Shown: positions 1 to 10,369, counted from the stretch's first letter. The stretch is DNA of 18,907 bases from Amoeboradix gromovi X-113 (GCA_018985225.1 JADGIF010000116.1:1-18907), one strand, 5' to 3'. Numbers and translations are program-made. Notes: a model not told the origin generated them from the sequence alone.

Positions 1-375
1 AATTAGATTTCGAAATTGTTAAAACAAAAACGGATAAGCGTAACAAGATTGAAACTACCAATAAAATTTGGAACACTTATAAGCCATGAATTAGCACAGC
101 AAAAGCCCAAAACTGATTACTTGTCGGATTATCAAACTAGAATTTATAAAGAGGCTAAAACACAAATTAATTACCGAAAAGTTTGGATATTAAAATCTTT
201 TAGGTTTTTGTAGTTTTAGTGCTGATCAGTAGTCAACATCTAAATATTCCTACGTATTTTAGCTAAGTCTGAAAAGCTTTACAGGAGAACTGTCACGTGA
301 GAGTCTTGATTGGTCATTGCGTAAATTAGAAATTAACGTAGGGGAACGTATAACACTCTGTTTTTATAATTTGTA

Positions 376-708
376 ATGGATCATTTAGCTAAAACTTGGT
401 CAATGCACCAACAAGTATCGGAATCCTTTGACCCCAACATGGAAAACTATGAATATATTGAGCAGGTCCTTCAATATATTCAGTTAGGACGTTTTGATAA
501 CAAACAACTGGAGAACGTTATGCCACTGTACCATAAATATACCGCTGATTCATCTCGTGTACCTAATAGTGAAAACATTTTTATTGGGCTCTGTGCAGCC
601 TTTAGTGTCAAACCTGATCACTTTTTAGCATACCTATCCGGTAGAACAGTAGAAGATATTGAGCAAGCAAGACAATACGCTATCCACTTTTTATCAAAGA
701 TGGAGTAA
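376..708 (+). CDS. Hypothetical protein, 110 aa
   Basis: ATG-to-TAA ORF with protein-like composition and an AT-rich leader; no recognised motif. Confidence 0.55.
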   Translation: MDHLAKTWSMHQQVSESFDPNMENYEYIEQVLQYIQLGRFDNKQLENVMPLYHKYTADSSRVPNSENIFIGLCAAFSVKPDHFLAYLSGRTVEDIEQARQYAIHFLSKME

Positions 709-985
709 ACCTCCAAATAAATTTTGAATTCATAATAATATGCAACTAATTTCTGTAACTATGATCACTATCCTAACTGTTAGGGATCAAATTCGCCTGC
801 GCAAAATAATTAGTCTTATTTTTCAAAGGAAAACATGGATTGAGAGAGATGCACTCGCAAAAGATTCTATTTTCTAAATAATTCAAAATTTTGTCAGTTT
901 TTAGCATCAAAAAGACTCAAGTAAAGGAGGGGGTTCATTTTTAAACCCTGTGTAAGCGACATGTTCTTTATGAGAGGGTTGAAAC

Positions 986-1450
986 ATGTTTTTACCAGTC
1001 AAACGATCTCAAAAGTCGATTTCCAAAGCAAAAAGGGATCCAATTATTCCTGATGTAAATATGGTGAAGTACGATGATGTCTGTCAATTTCCAAATATTC
1101 ACGCAACTTACCTAAAGCAAGCATTGTGTAAAAATGGAAAATGGATTGCAATCAATGAGTTGCCGTTAACGCTATTAAAATCAGCGCTGGAAGGTGCTCT
1201 TGTAAGAATAGTAGACGCTAAGCAAACGTCTTATGTTGGGATAAGTGGCATTTTATTAATGGAAACAAAATACACTTTTGTTATAATAAACGAATCAAAA
1301 ATCTGTAAAGTTATGAAGAGGAATACGAAACTAGAGTTTGATTTCAATTATCAAGACGAGATTCATACTGCTATCATATATGGCAATGCTGTTGTTAACA
1401 GACTCTTTAACAAGAAATACAAATCTCACAACACTATCGAATTTTTTTAA
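986..1450 (+). CDS. POP4: RNase P/MRP subunit p29 (POP4/Rpp29)
   Basis: LLKSALEGALVRIVDAKQTSYVGISGILLMETKYTFVII...F.F...IYGN matches the Rpp29 core (K.DLHGA...V..S...S.VG..GI...ET). Confidence 0.85.
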   Translation: MFLPVKRSQKSISKAKRDPIIPDVNMVKYDDVCQFPNIHATYLKQALCKNGKWIAINELPLTLLKSALEGALVRIVDAKQTSYVGISGILLMETKYTFVIINESKICKVMKRNTKLEFDFNYQDEIHTAIIYGNAVVNRLFNKKYKSHNTIEFF

Positions 1451-3913
1451 GGTGGGAGAGAAACCGTGATCACGCATGTGCAATTATTAATAAATAGTAT
1501 TCAAAATTCTTCAGGAAGAAGCAAAAAACAGTTTTATGATTGCTTTTTGATAAATATTTACCAGAAGAGGATTCAGCTACTCATGGATTGTTATTTCATT
1601 TGCACGACCAGATCTTTGAAAAATTCTTGCAATACTTTTTCATAGTAGTGATCTACTTGGGCCTTTGTTGCCAACTCGGGTTTTTCAACGAGGGTAGATA
1701 AATAAGCAGTTTATTTCCCGTCCTGATAGCAGCCATGCTATCCTGATCAAAGGGTTTTGATAAATTCTTGATTCTTGCGAACTCGCTAAAAACTACGAAA
1801 TACAATCATTTTCCCACCAGTCTCTGCAAGAAGCAGCAAAACTCACTTCGAAGACTTAAAACTAATTGACCAGTTTGTAAATGAGCTATCTATTCGATAC
1901 TGCTGGCATGGTACTGGGATTGGGATATACTTTGGAAAATAGCAACAATAATATAACAAGGTCAAATTTATGGCATCCCTCACCGCAATCATAATCCTTT
2001 GGATCAACTAAACTAGTGACTGGTATTTCAAGGCTGCTCTTCGCGTCTTACAGCCCAGCTTAATTCTCTAAGGAGTTAGAGATGTTGGTTTGATTTTCCG
2101 GGATCTCTACAAAAATGGCCCAATATTGCAGTTTAAAGCAATCACGCATGAAATGCTGGGTCTTTCCACCGAGATGTACTCCCAATAAAAACTTCACGCT
2201 TCTTTGTAACTTGCGTGTAAATTGTAGAAATTTGTTGTCATTTAGCCCAAAATAAAAATAAGAAGGAATGAAAAGTGCATACCAGTTTAATGATACAAGA
2301 TGGGTAAAAGAAACGAAACTAAGGCTGCAAGTTCAATAGGTAGAACTGTTAAATAAGCGTTGTTCAATTAAATTTACCAAACATCCATAAAGGAGTGTCT
2401 CCAGGTCATATTTGGAGATATTTTGGAAAGCCTGCCTTAAATAGACATATGCCTAACCAGCCCAAGAGTACCATTATTCTTTTTAAAATTTATAGCTGTA
2501 AACGTAAGTTTCAATTTGTTGCTTTGGGTGCATCTGTAAGTAACACATGTCTAAAGGTTAACGCTCGCGAGAATCAAAGTAAGAACAAGACTGCACTTAA
2601 ATTGAAATGTTTATTCTAGTACAAGGTCAAACGGCTGCGATATTTGATCCGCATCAACCTCTACGTAATGACTCAAGACGCTATTCAGCAAAACCTGCTT
2701 GTGGAGGTTGTTCTTAAAGAATGCCATCTCCATCTTATTAAGGGTAGAATGAATTAATCTTTCAGTCATCAAAACGTCATTAGTCAAATTTCAGGTCAGT
2801 CATCAATTTAGTCGAATAAACCATTTATCGTAAATACGGGAGCTACATAGCACCAACAGACTATCTTTCTGGAATTTGGACTGCATAAATCCAGACAGCC
2901 TTGCTTATCATGTTAATTCTCAAGAAATGATTATTAGATAAAGAACATGTTCTTACTCAGTACATGTAAGATTTCTCTGAACACTAGGAAAGAGGTTCCT
3001 TTAAGTTTACAATGCAGATAAAAATCGCTTAATTCATTCGCATATTTTTCAGAAGTCCTCTTTATATGCGAAATTCACATTCAGCAAACAAAAAGAGGCG
3101 CTTGAACGAGATGCCAGTGCTAGGTGTTATGTTTAAGCATCCCAGACACCGGAGATATCAAAGAAATTGAAAGTATAGAGAGCATGTGGTAGGAAAAAAC
3201 ACACTGGAAATGAAATTGCATTCCTACTCAATCCACCTCTAGTTAGCTTGAAAGAAAGGTTTACAACCAAATATGACAACTAGAATAAATAAATGGACCA
3301 ATTCAATTACTCTAATACATTGATTCAATATGAGAACTAGACTAATTACTCAATTAAATTCACTTTCAAGGTTTTTTTAAGTTGTTTTAATGTCGTCATT
3401 TTTGAATCATTTGGAATTAAATCTTTTCAACAGCTGAAAACAAATAGAAGACATCACAAACACTTTTTAATCGTCATCTATTTCGCCGGTTCTCAAGTTT
3501 GATAAGAAAAATTTTAAATCTTTAAAATCTAAAGAACTATTACAAACCGACGATATACAAAATCTAATAAAGATTTCTTTAATGCCGCACAGAAGCAACA
3601 GGTATTTAAAAGTAAAAGCGTCCTTAAACTAGAGGCTCTTATTTCGAGTTGAATTTTTAATCGGCAATACCATTTTACCAGGTTCACACATGATATCAGG
3701 ATATAAAACACACATATTCAGTCCATTTCCGAGAGTAATAACTCCAGAGCAGTCGGAAATGGCTACATCTGTGTAGATGCCCATCTTGGTACGTAATGAT
3801 AGATCTGGGTCCTAAATGTGGTTAGCAAGTGTATTATAGTTGGCAGTGCAGTTTATAAGGTAAACTGCGGAATTGAACTCAATATCTGATATTTAGTTCT
3901 AATCTGTGGACAG

Positions 3914-4050
3914 CTCCTCGTTAAAAGTCCTGATTTCAGAGAAAATCGAGAATTTCCACAGAGAAACTAATGCTAGTTTCTCCGTTACAGTGATCGCTCA
4001 CGCTTGCACTACCCTGAGGCGGGATTGAATAAGGATGCATATACTTGATT
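3914..4050 (-). ncRNA. Putative omegaRNA scaffold of copy A (guide would extend into the flank below 3914)
   Basis: Conserved ~140-nt segment between the Fanzor C-terminus and the right end, with hairpins (GAGAAACTA-GCAT-TAGTTTCTC; AGTG...CACT). TnpB/Fanzor guide RNAs are known to lie in this position. Confidence 0.65.
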
Positions 4051-4481
4051 TATATGTTCCTTGCTGCCATATGATCTCTATCTATCTTCAAATGACACTT
4101 TGTACAGGTGTAGGTTTCTAAGCTGGTTTTCTTCAGAGTACCACACCTTGTACATGTCTGACTAGTAAATGATTCATTACATTCGATTATAGTCCTTCCT
4201 CTTTGCTTACACTTGAACTTCAAGCCTTCCTTGAATAAGCTGTACAGATATCACTGTCTAGGCATTGAAAGGCATCTAATTCTTCCATGCTTGGACCAGC
4301 TAATCAGTCTGAGACGAATGTATGCTGTACGTGTTAATTATTTATTTAGAATTGATTTACCATTTGCGAAAAGGAAGAATATCGAGTATTTAAGCTATTA
4401 CAAAAATCTGGAAAAGTCATGAAATTATACAAAAATGCATACAAATTCGCGATAAATGATTTATTCAAGAAAATAGTCAAG
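3914..4481 (-). mobile_element. Non-autonomous IS607/Fanzor2 element, copy A (~568 bp)
   Basis: Minus strand encodes LFKEGLKFKCKQRGRTIIECNESFTSQTCTRCG...CTKCHLKIDRDHMAARNI* (TnpB/Fanzor RuvC-II E, C4 Zn finger, RuvC-III DRD). Near-identical to 10933-11498 and 14708-15277, with sharp shared ends. Confidence 0.9.
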
Positions 4482-5173
4482 CTGCATTACAGACAACACG
4501 CCTTTTCTTCCATTTATACCATATCATTTGATATTACTATACGATTTTATATGGCGACTCTTTTGACAGATGATAGAAATGCTTCGATATTATCCTGTGG
4601 GTTGGATTTGGAGGTAAATATCTCAGTAAGCTTGAATATGGCTTTATTCTTACTTGTGAAATGGTACTCAATCGGGTATAGTAGTGATTACTTGTTAACA
4701 AACTCGAGAAATTTTGGTTTGAGTGTGCCGCTGGTATCCAACATTGAAATACAGTTTTTACTTTTGAATGGGAGACCTACCTCGAATTTGAAATAGTTGT
4801 CCATCCACAAGGTACGTGTCTTCCTCATTGGTAATTTGATGTTGTTATTATAAGTGACGATGATAACATGGTAATAACCATTCTTCAATGGAATGGTTCC
4901 CACAAAGTAAATAGCTTCTTTTTCATAAATGTAGCCTATAAACTGTCCAAGGGCATTTGCCATGTTTGCGCCTGAGAGATGCATTGAATAAATACATATC
5001 AAGTTCATGTATTGCAAGCAGTTTTGATAAAAGAAATAGAACTGATAGCGCAACACGCAATTCTGACTAATCATAAATTGCAGCAACTAGAGCTAAGCAG
5101 CTTGTTTCCTTTTTTACTGCAGCAGGTGTATATAAACTGAGTTAAAAAAATTGCTAGTTGCTCTTTTATTTAC

Positions 5174-5732
5174 ATGGTAGACTTTCGACATGATTTCCTG
5201 AGAATGTCAAATGGTGTTAGATTCTCGACGAGGGAGTCTGATATGTTTCTAGACATCAACCATGTTTGCTCAAATTATGATTGACACTAGAGACTTACCG
5301 CAAGTTTGAAAGTGATGAGGGCCAGCAGGCATTCTGCTATTCATCTGCATCGAATGCTGGGTTTACGATTGACAAACTTATTGAATGCCATCAGGGCACG
5401 ATTTACATGCACCCTAGTATCTCTATTAACTTTTTCAAATTCATAGATCTTGTTTATAAAGCTTTTTTTGAGCACTACCACAAGCACAATTCTCACGATG
5501 AAGACGAGGACAAAAAATTGTGGCAAGCCTTGAATGAATATTTGACTAACAGATGAATTTAGATGAATGCATACTTCCATTTCACAAGCACTTGTTCGAG
5601 AATCTTAATAGTATCGACTTCAGACGTATGTACGAGAAATATGAGTTTAACCTCGACGAAAGGTACCAGGAATCTCAGAACACGAGCAATAACACACATT
5701 GTTCTAGTTTATTACAGAGGAATCAGAAATAA
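5174..5732 (+). pseudogene. KilA-N/APSES-like DNA-binding domain gene with two frameshifts
   Basis: ATG 5174: MVDFRHDFLRMSNGVRFSTRESDMFLDINHVCSNYD, shift near 5280, then LETYRKFES...LIECHQGTIYMHPSISINFFKFID (cf. KilA-N GTYVHP.LA..FA.WI). A second shift near 5553 leads into MNLDECILPF...QK*. Confidence 0.5.
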
Positions 5733-5740
5733 AAATTAAG

Positions 5741-5960
5741 CTGTAAACCATTTATTTAATTATTCCTATGTGATTGTTCGTACTACATGTACAACAATAG
5801 AGATCATATGGCAGCAAGGAACCTGTACAAGTATATACATCCTTATTCAATCCCGCTTCAGGGTAGTGCAGGCGGGGCAATCACTGTAACGGAGCATCTA
5901 GCACTGCTAGTTTCTCTGTGGAACTTAATTTTCTCGGAAATCAGGACTTTTAACGAGGAG
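5741..5960 (+). mobile_element. Mini IS607/Fanzor2 element, copy B (220 bp: left end plus omegaRNA/right end)
   Basis: AG|CTGTAAACCATTTATTTAATTATTCC left end, RDHMAARNL remnant, then the conserved tail ending AATCAGGACTTTTAACGAGGAG at 5960. Colinear with 16743-16963. Confidence 0.85.
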
Positions 5961-5981
5961 CAGCTTCACTGAAGATACTAA

Positions 5982-6234
5982 CATGCGGGACATCAAATAT
6001 AAAAACTAGACTAACTTTCTGAAATAGTTTGAATCATTATTTCAAGTGTGTATTAACCAGTAGTAAATTAATCTTATTGGTTGCACCTTTTGCTTAGGCA
6101 CTCTAAGACCTTATTTCAAAGAGAGGAATGACATTAATGAAAGAAGGACTTTTATTACTAATAGTATTTCCTCCTTATGGAGCACCTACATTAAAAACCA
6201 CTTGGTCTAGTTTTTATATTTGCTCTCCCATGCA
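5982..6234. mobile_element. MITE with ~28-bp terminal inverted repeats, copy 1
   Basis: GGGACATCAAATATAAAAACTAGAC ... GTCTAGTTTTTATATTTGCTCTCCC; the interior is homologous to 15996-16308. Confidence 0.85.
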
Positions 6235-6445
6235 TAATATTGACGACGAATCTTCCGCTGATTAGTTGATCATCTGAGTGCTTTGTTCAATAAATGTATA
6301 ATTGTTTGAATTGGCTCTTCGAAATTGAGTAAACCGTTGGACAGAAGCTTTGAGAATTGAATAACTTGAACAAGTTGCTAAAATTTTGAGAATGTTACAT
6401 TTTTTAGCAAAGGGTGTACAAAGTCGCAAGTAATACAGCCACAAT

Positions 6446-7924
6446 TTATTCAATTATATACACTAAATCGTCTTCAAAGAATAAACAGTCCTGGGCGCCC
6501 AAGAAGCCAGAGTCAATGTCAATTGGATAACATGGCACTTCATCCATAGAACAACCAGAATCAGTGCTATTCCTCACTTTATTCTCAACAACAGACAAAT
6601 CAAGCGAATCAGGGTTAAGATCAGCGAGTTCCGTGAGAGTGTCATCCTTAGCATTTCTTGCCTCGGCATTAAACACTTTACCAGCTTCCTTGGCGACCAT
6701 TCTTGCAGGTTTATCCATTAATGCCTCCTTGAATGACATTTCAATATTTTCTGAATCCTCATTAGGCTCTTCATTCAATATATCCAGCATGTCAACATCA
6801 TCAGAATCGACATCCATTTTTAATGCCTCGAGCAGCCCAAATTCGTTTCTGCTCTTTGATGATTTCTGTTTCGGTTGAAGATCTTCAGTCTCTTTGATTT
6901 TCAAGTCCATGACTTCAGGTGAATCTGGAATGTCGCAGTTTAGCTTGTAATCTGCAGAATTTGGTAGCGCACTCTGTATTGATTCAGACAATTTGATGCT
7001 CTTGCATCTTTTGAAACTATTCAATGATTTATATGATTTGAACAATTCATCCGAGCCACAGGAAATTAACGGAGTGTTGATAGAGGACAGGTTGGAATTA
7101 TTCACTATTGTCCGTGATATATCGCTAAATCTGAGGTCACTGTTAGGTGAGATATTAGATTGCGTACAGTGTGATTCTAGCGAGCGATTTCCACTACATT
7201 GATCCATAGGGTATTCTGCACAACTAACCGCATCCCTGTGATCAGCAGGATGCTTTTGAATCGGAAAGGATGGTTGGCTTTTAAACGGTCGCCATGAAGA
7301 TTCAGAAATATCACTTAAACTACTAATTGCGCTTGCATCTGATCTCGCTACTGCCGACTGATGAATCCATTCATTGACGTGCTCATAGGGGTCTTCTGAT
7401 GTCTCATTCTCAATTGGTTCTAGCTGATCTAGCTGCTCCAGTGTGCAAGTCATTGTACGTGGTAGAGTTATAAGCGGGTTTTGAGAGCTACAAATGAAGC
7501 TTAAAGGGTGAGCTTCTTTGGCTACGACTGGAGGATGACTCGGTGTATGTCTTGATTCCGTCCACTTTTGAGACAATTGATGTTGGCAGGTAGGCAAGGA
7601 CGTTTTCCGCCGTTTAGGCAGACCAGATTCCTTTTTGAATGATTTAGCACGATCCAATCCGATTTTCTTTCTTTCTAAAAATTGCTCAATGCAGTTGAGA
7701 TCTTCTGAATTACCATTACTATCATCTGGTTCAGCATATCCCATTTGGTAAGATCCACGGTCTTGCTCGTCTTTTACGAATATCCTACTAATTTTATTTT
7801 TCAACCTTCCCCATTTGGTATGATTATCTTCTATAATGAAGGAAGGCATTCGACTTAGGTCCTCATGGATTCCAGTACTGTCCATTGACAAATTGCGAAC
7901 ATGCTGATAGCTTTGAAGAGTCAT
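6446..7924 (-). CDS. Hypothetical Ser/Asp/Glu-rich, probably disordered protein, 492 aa
   Basis: Long uninterrupted ORF in AT-rich DNA; no recognised domain. Confidence 0.8.
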   Translation of the reverse strand: MTLQSYQHVRNLSMDSTGIHEDLSRMPSFIIEDNHTKWGRLKNKISRIFVKDEQDRGSYQMGYAEPDDSNGNSEDLNCIEQFLERKKIGLDRAKSFKKESGLPKRRKTSLPTCQHQLSQKWTESRHTPSHPPVVAKEAHPLSFICSSQNPLITLPRTMTCTLEQLDQLEPIENETSEDPYEHVNEWIHQSAVARSDASAISSLSDISESSWRPFKSQPSFPIQKHPADHRDAVSCAEYPMDQCSGNRSLESHCTQSNISPNSDLRFSDISRTIVNNSNLSSINTPLISCGSDELFKSYKSLNSFKRCKSIKLSESIQSALPNSADYKLNCDIPDSPEVMDLKIKETEDLQPKQKSSKSRNEFGLLEALKMDVDSDDVDMLDILNEEPNEDSENIEMSFKEALMDKPARMVAKEAGKVFNAEARNAKDDTLTELADLNPDSLDLSVVENKVRNSTDSGCSMDEVPCYPIDIDSGFLGAQDCLFFEDDLVYIIE

Positions 7925-8642
7925 GTTTCAATACCAAAATCCTGTGATACAATCAAGAACCGTCATGATTTGCCATGAATGCGCACGGATCATATCCTCT
8001 AAAACGCCTACTTTAAATGTGAATTCTCCATCTTCTTGGATAAGTCACAAATTTTGAGAGTATATAGCTTAGGTAGATATCATTTTAAAAGATATTACTT
8101 ATGTGTATTGATGTCTCGATGTCTTTATGGCCGCAAGTTATGCGTTCAAAATATCAACCATGGATATTGGATTTAGAAGCAAGGCACAGACTAAGATATC
8201 TCATTAGTAAATTACCTTTGCCCTTTCAGCGTACATTTTTCTGCTAATCGACTTTAATAAGCATTTTGCCTTGTGAATGTATCTACGCAACACGCGCAAT
8301 TAATGTCAGCTTGGTTTTTGAGTAGTTTCTCAATAACATTATAGAGCGACAGTTAAAAATCCCTAATTTACCTGGAAGTCGTGTAAAATTATTTGCAATA
8401 TGATAGTTCACTTTCAATTCGTACTATTTTCACGATGAAGGAAATGGTTTTTGGAGCCTTTTTTAATTTCCTGATGGTTCAAGATGTACTTAATCAAACC
8501 CTAAAAGACCTTGGTTTAATAAAGGTACACAAGATGAAAATGAGAGATTAACGACCACTAGGAATTTGGCAAACGAACTCAGAAATTGATAGGAAAGATA
8601 AGAAAAAGATCGAGGTTTAGAATTAGATTATTTATTTTCTTA

Positions 8643-10369
8643 TTATTTGGTACCATCATATAACGGATTAAATTTTTCTTTTGTTTGTGCGACATATAGA
8701 GGGTTCTCTTGAATCTCCGCACCCTGGAACTCTTTCTTCCATTGAGCTTCAAACTTTGAAGCCAATACTCGGGTGTAAAGTATCCAAGCTATAATGGCTG
8801 CTGCTATCATAATAGTTGCAGCAGCTGCTGTTGCAAAACCAACGGTAATTGCTGTTGCTACGTTAGAAACTAAGTACTTGTTGCAGGATCACCAAAAAGA
8901 TAAACCTCATTTGTTGGACCGGCATCGCCAACCGTTACTATCTTTTGCTTCTCACAATTTAGTAAACATTTTACTATAAACTGGACAATTCCACGACTTG
9001 GCGGGTCATAGACCTTGTTACTTACTAGATAAGTATAGTTGCAGCTACCCGCTATACCTTGTACACCTAGCATTCCGCTAGTTTGATTTAACAAAAGCAC
9101 AGTTATACAACCGCTCCATATACTGGCATAGTCCTTATCATCTAGATAAAATAATGTGTTGTTGTCAATATCCCTAGCTGTAAGGTTAATGTTTTCAATA
9201 ACTTGGTTTTGGTCAATTAGAACGGTGAAGGTATCCCTTAAGATGGGTTTATTTCGAGGTTTTACTAGCACAGTGACATTTAAATCAGCCCTAAACATTT
9301 CACTCTCAACGCAATTGTCTTTCACAGTATAATAAATAGAATCTATCCCATTTTCACCCCCAGCAGCGTAAATAAATCTACTCTCCGTGAGTGAATAGGT
9401 GGAAGCCAACGAATTGTTGTTGATATTTAGCTTTCCAAACTGCAGAGTCCCGTATTTTGGAAACGGACGATGAATAACTATTATAAGTTGATCGTTATTA
9501 CCGTCATATGTTGGTAATGTTATTTGGTTTGTGCTAGATCCACTTACAATCTCTGTAGTGTTTTGGCTTGTTGGAGGAATATTCTTTGGTAATACAGATG
9601 TGGTAATCTTGAAATTAGACTCAACCGTGTGTCTCTCCGCGTGATATACATCAAGCTGGTAGGTTTTATTGCTATCCTTAGTCGGATCCAATATTGTGTC
9701 AAGCGCTAGTTCACATGTGGAGTTCTGATGAATCCCACCAAGATCACAAGCAAGTGCCAGTTTCTTGTCAATAAACACATAGAGGTCATCGTCACCGCTA
9801 AAGGAAAATCTTTCAGCCCCTCGATAATAAAAAGGATAAGACACATGCGTAGTGTACCAATAATTATGTCCCTGGTTTCCAAAAAACTCTTCGGTATATC
9901 CAATTCCATCTAACGGAAAGAACCCATTCGTAGATCCTATAGCCAAGTTGTAGGTATTATCATTAGAGTCATAAACATAAAAGCCTTGAGCATTCTTTTT
10001 CAAATCAATGTTAACTTCATATGGGATATTTAGTAGCGGTACATCCATGTAGTAATGATCAAAAAAAAACTGTCCATAATTTACCAAGGCTGCAGCTTCG
10101 AAAAAATTATTATTACCATAAGTTACTCCACTAGCTGAACTCTGTCTTATTCTCCAAGGTGAGAAGTTAGGTCTGCTCATTGAGTCCATAGTTCCGTTTA
10201 ACAGGCCTTTTTGAGGAAACCCGGAAGAATCAATCGGAGATTCAAAGTCCATTGCATGTTGGGGAAAATCTCTGATGGTAGCCTTAAAAGTAATACAATC
10301 TGGATTCTCTTCATTGGAACATGTATTAGATACGCAAGTTAACGCGTATAGTCGAAAAAGCAGAAGCAT
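8643..10369 (-). CDS. PA14/fibro-slime domain type-I membrane protein with Ig/cadherin-like repeats and a double-NPxY tail (~568 aa if 8858-8877 is spliced)
   Basis: ATIRDF..MDFE, FSFSGDDDLYVFIDKKL..DLGGIH and YHAERHTVESNFKITTS are fibro-slime/PA14 motifs. N.PP...ITLPTYDGNNDQL...YGTL...DSIYYTVKD is Big_9-like. A shifted frame at 8643-8857 encodes TM AITVGFATAAAATIMIAAAIIAWILY and the tail ...ENPLYVAQTKEKFNPLYDGTK*. Confidence 0.85.
8858..8877 (-). other. Candidate 20-nt spliceosomal intron GTACTTAGTTTCTAACGTAG
   Basis: GT donor, CTAAC branch motif and TAG acceptor; removing it deletes the stop and restores the frame into the TM helix. Confidence 0.45.

Larger units (their letters stand above)
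3468..5086 (-). pseudogene. Decayed ORF of unknown function, interrupted by element copy A
   Basis: The frame of ORF 4688-5086 continues past its TAA (SLLYPIEYHFTSKNKAIFKLTEIF...). A long, sparsely stopped minus frame resumes after 3913 (ISDIEFNSAVYLINC...MGIYTDVAISDCSG...RTGEIDDD*). Confidence 0.4.

Noticed and set aside
293-313. TCACGTGA (E-box-like) and GATTGG (CCAAT) upstream of ORF 376
   Set aside because: Plausible promoter elements, but too short to support without comparative data.
2085-2110. Minus-strand DPG (CRDPGKSN) resembling Fanzor RuvC-I
   Set aside because: No preceding hydrophobic strand and no further Fanzor motifs nearby; likely chance.
1560-3260. Coding-like frames broken by TAA/TAG, suggesting stop-to-Gln recoding
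   Set aside because: RPL35 and POP4 end at TAA at their expected C-termini, the MOK ORF ends at TAG after a complete kinase domain, and TGA stops and frameshifts also occur. These are better explained as unidentified pseudogene debris.
4213-4422. Similar ORFs at 4213-4422, 11199-11402, 15003-15197 and 16452-16750 that look like a gene family
   Set aside because: They are antisense shadows of the repeated IS607/Fanzor2 element; the meaningful motifs are on the other strand.
3914-4481. Element acting as an intron (IStron or spliceosomal), since it ends in AG and lies co-oriented in ORFs
   Set aside because: No convincing 5' splice site or group I core is visible, and the host ORFs are decayed.
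5961-5974. Flank of B (CAGCTTCACT) resembles the left-end junction (CAGCTTGACT), suggesting a self-targeting guide
   Set aside because: The match is only 9 of 10 nt and does not extend; it cannot be distinguished from chance.
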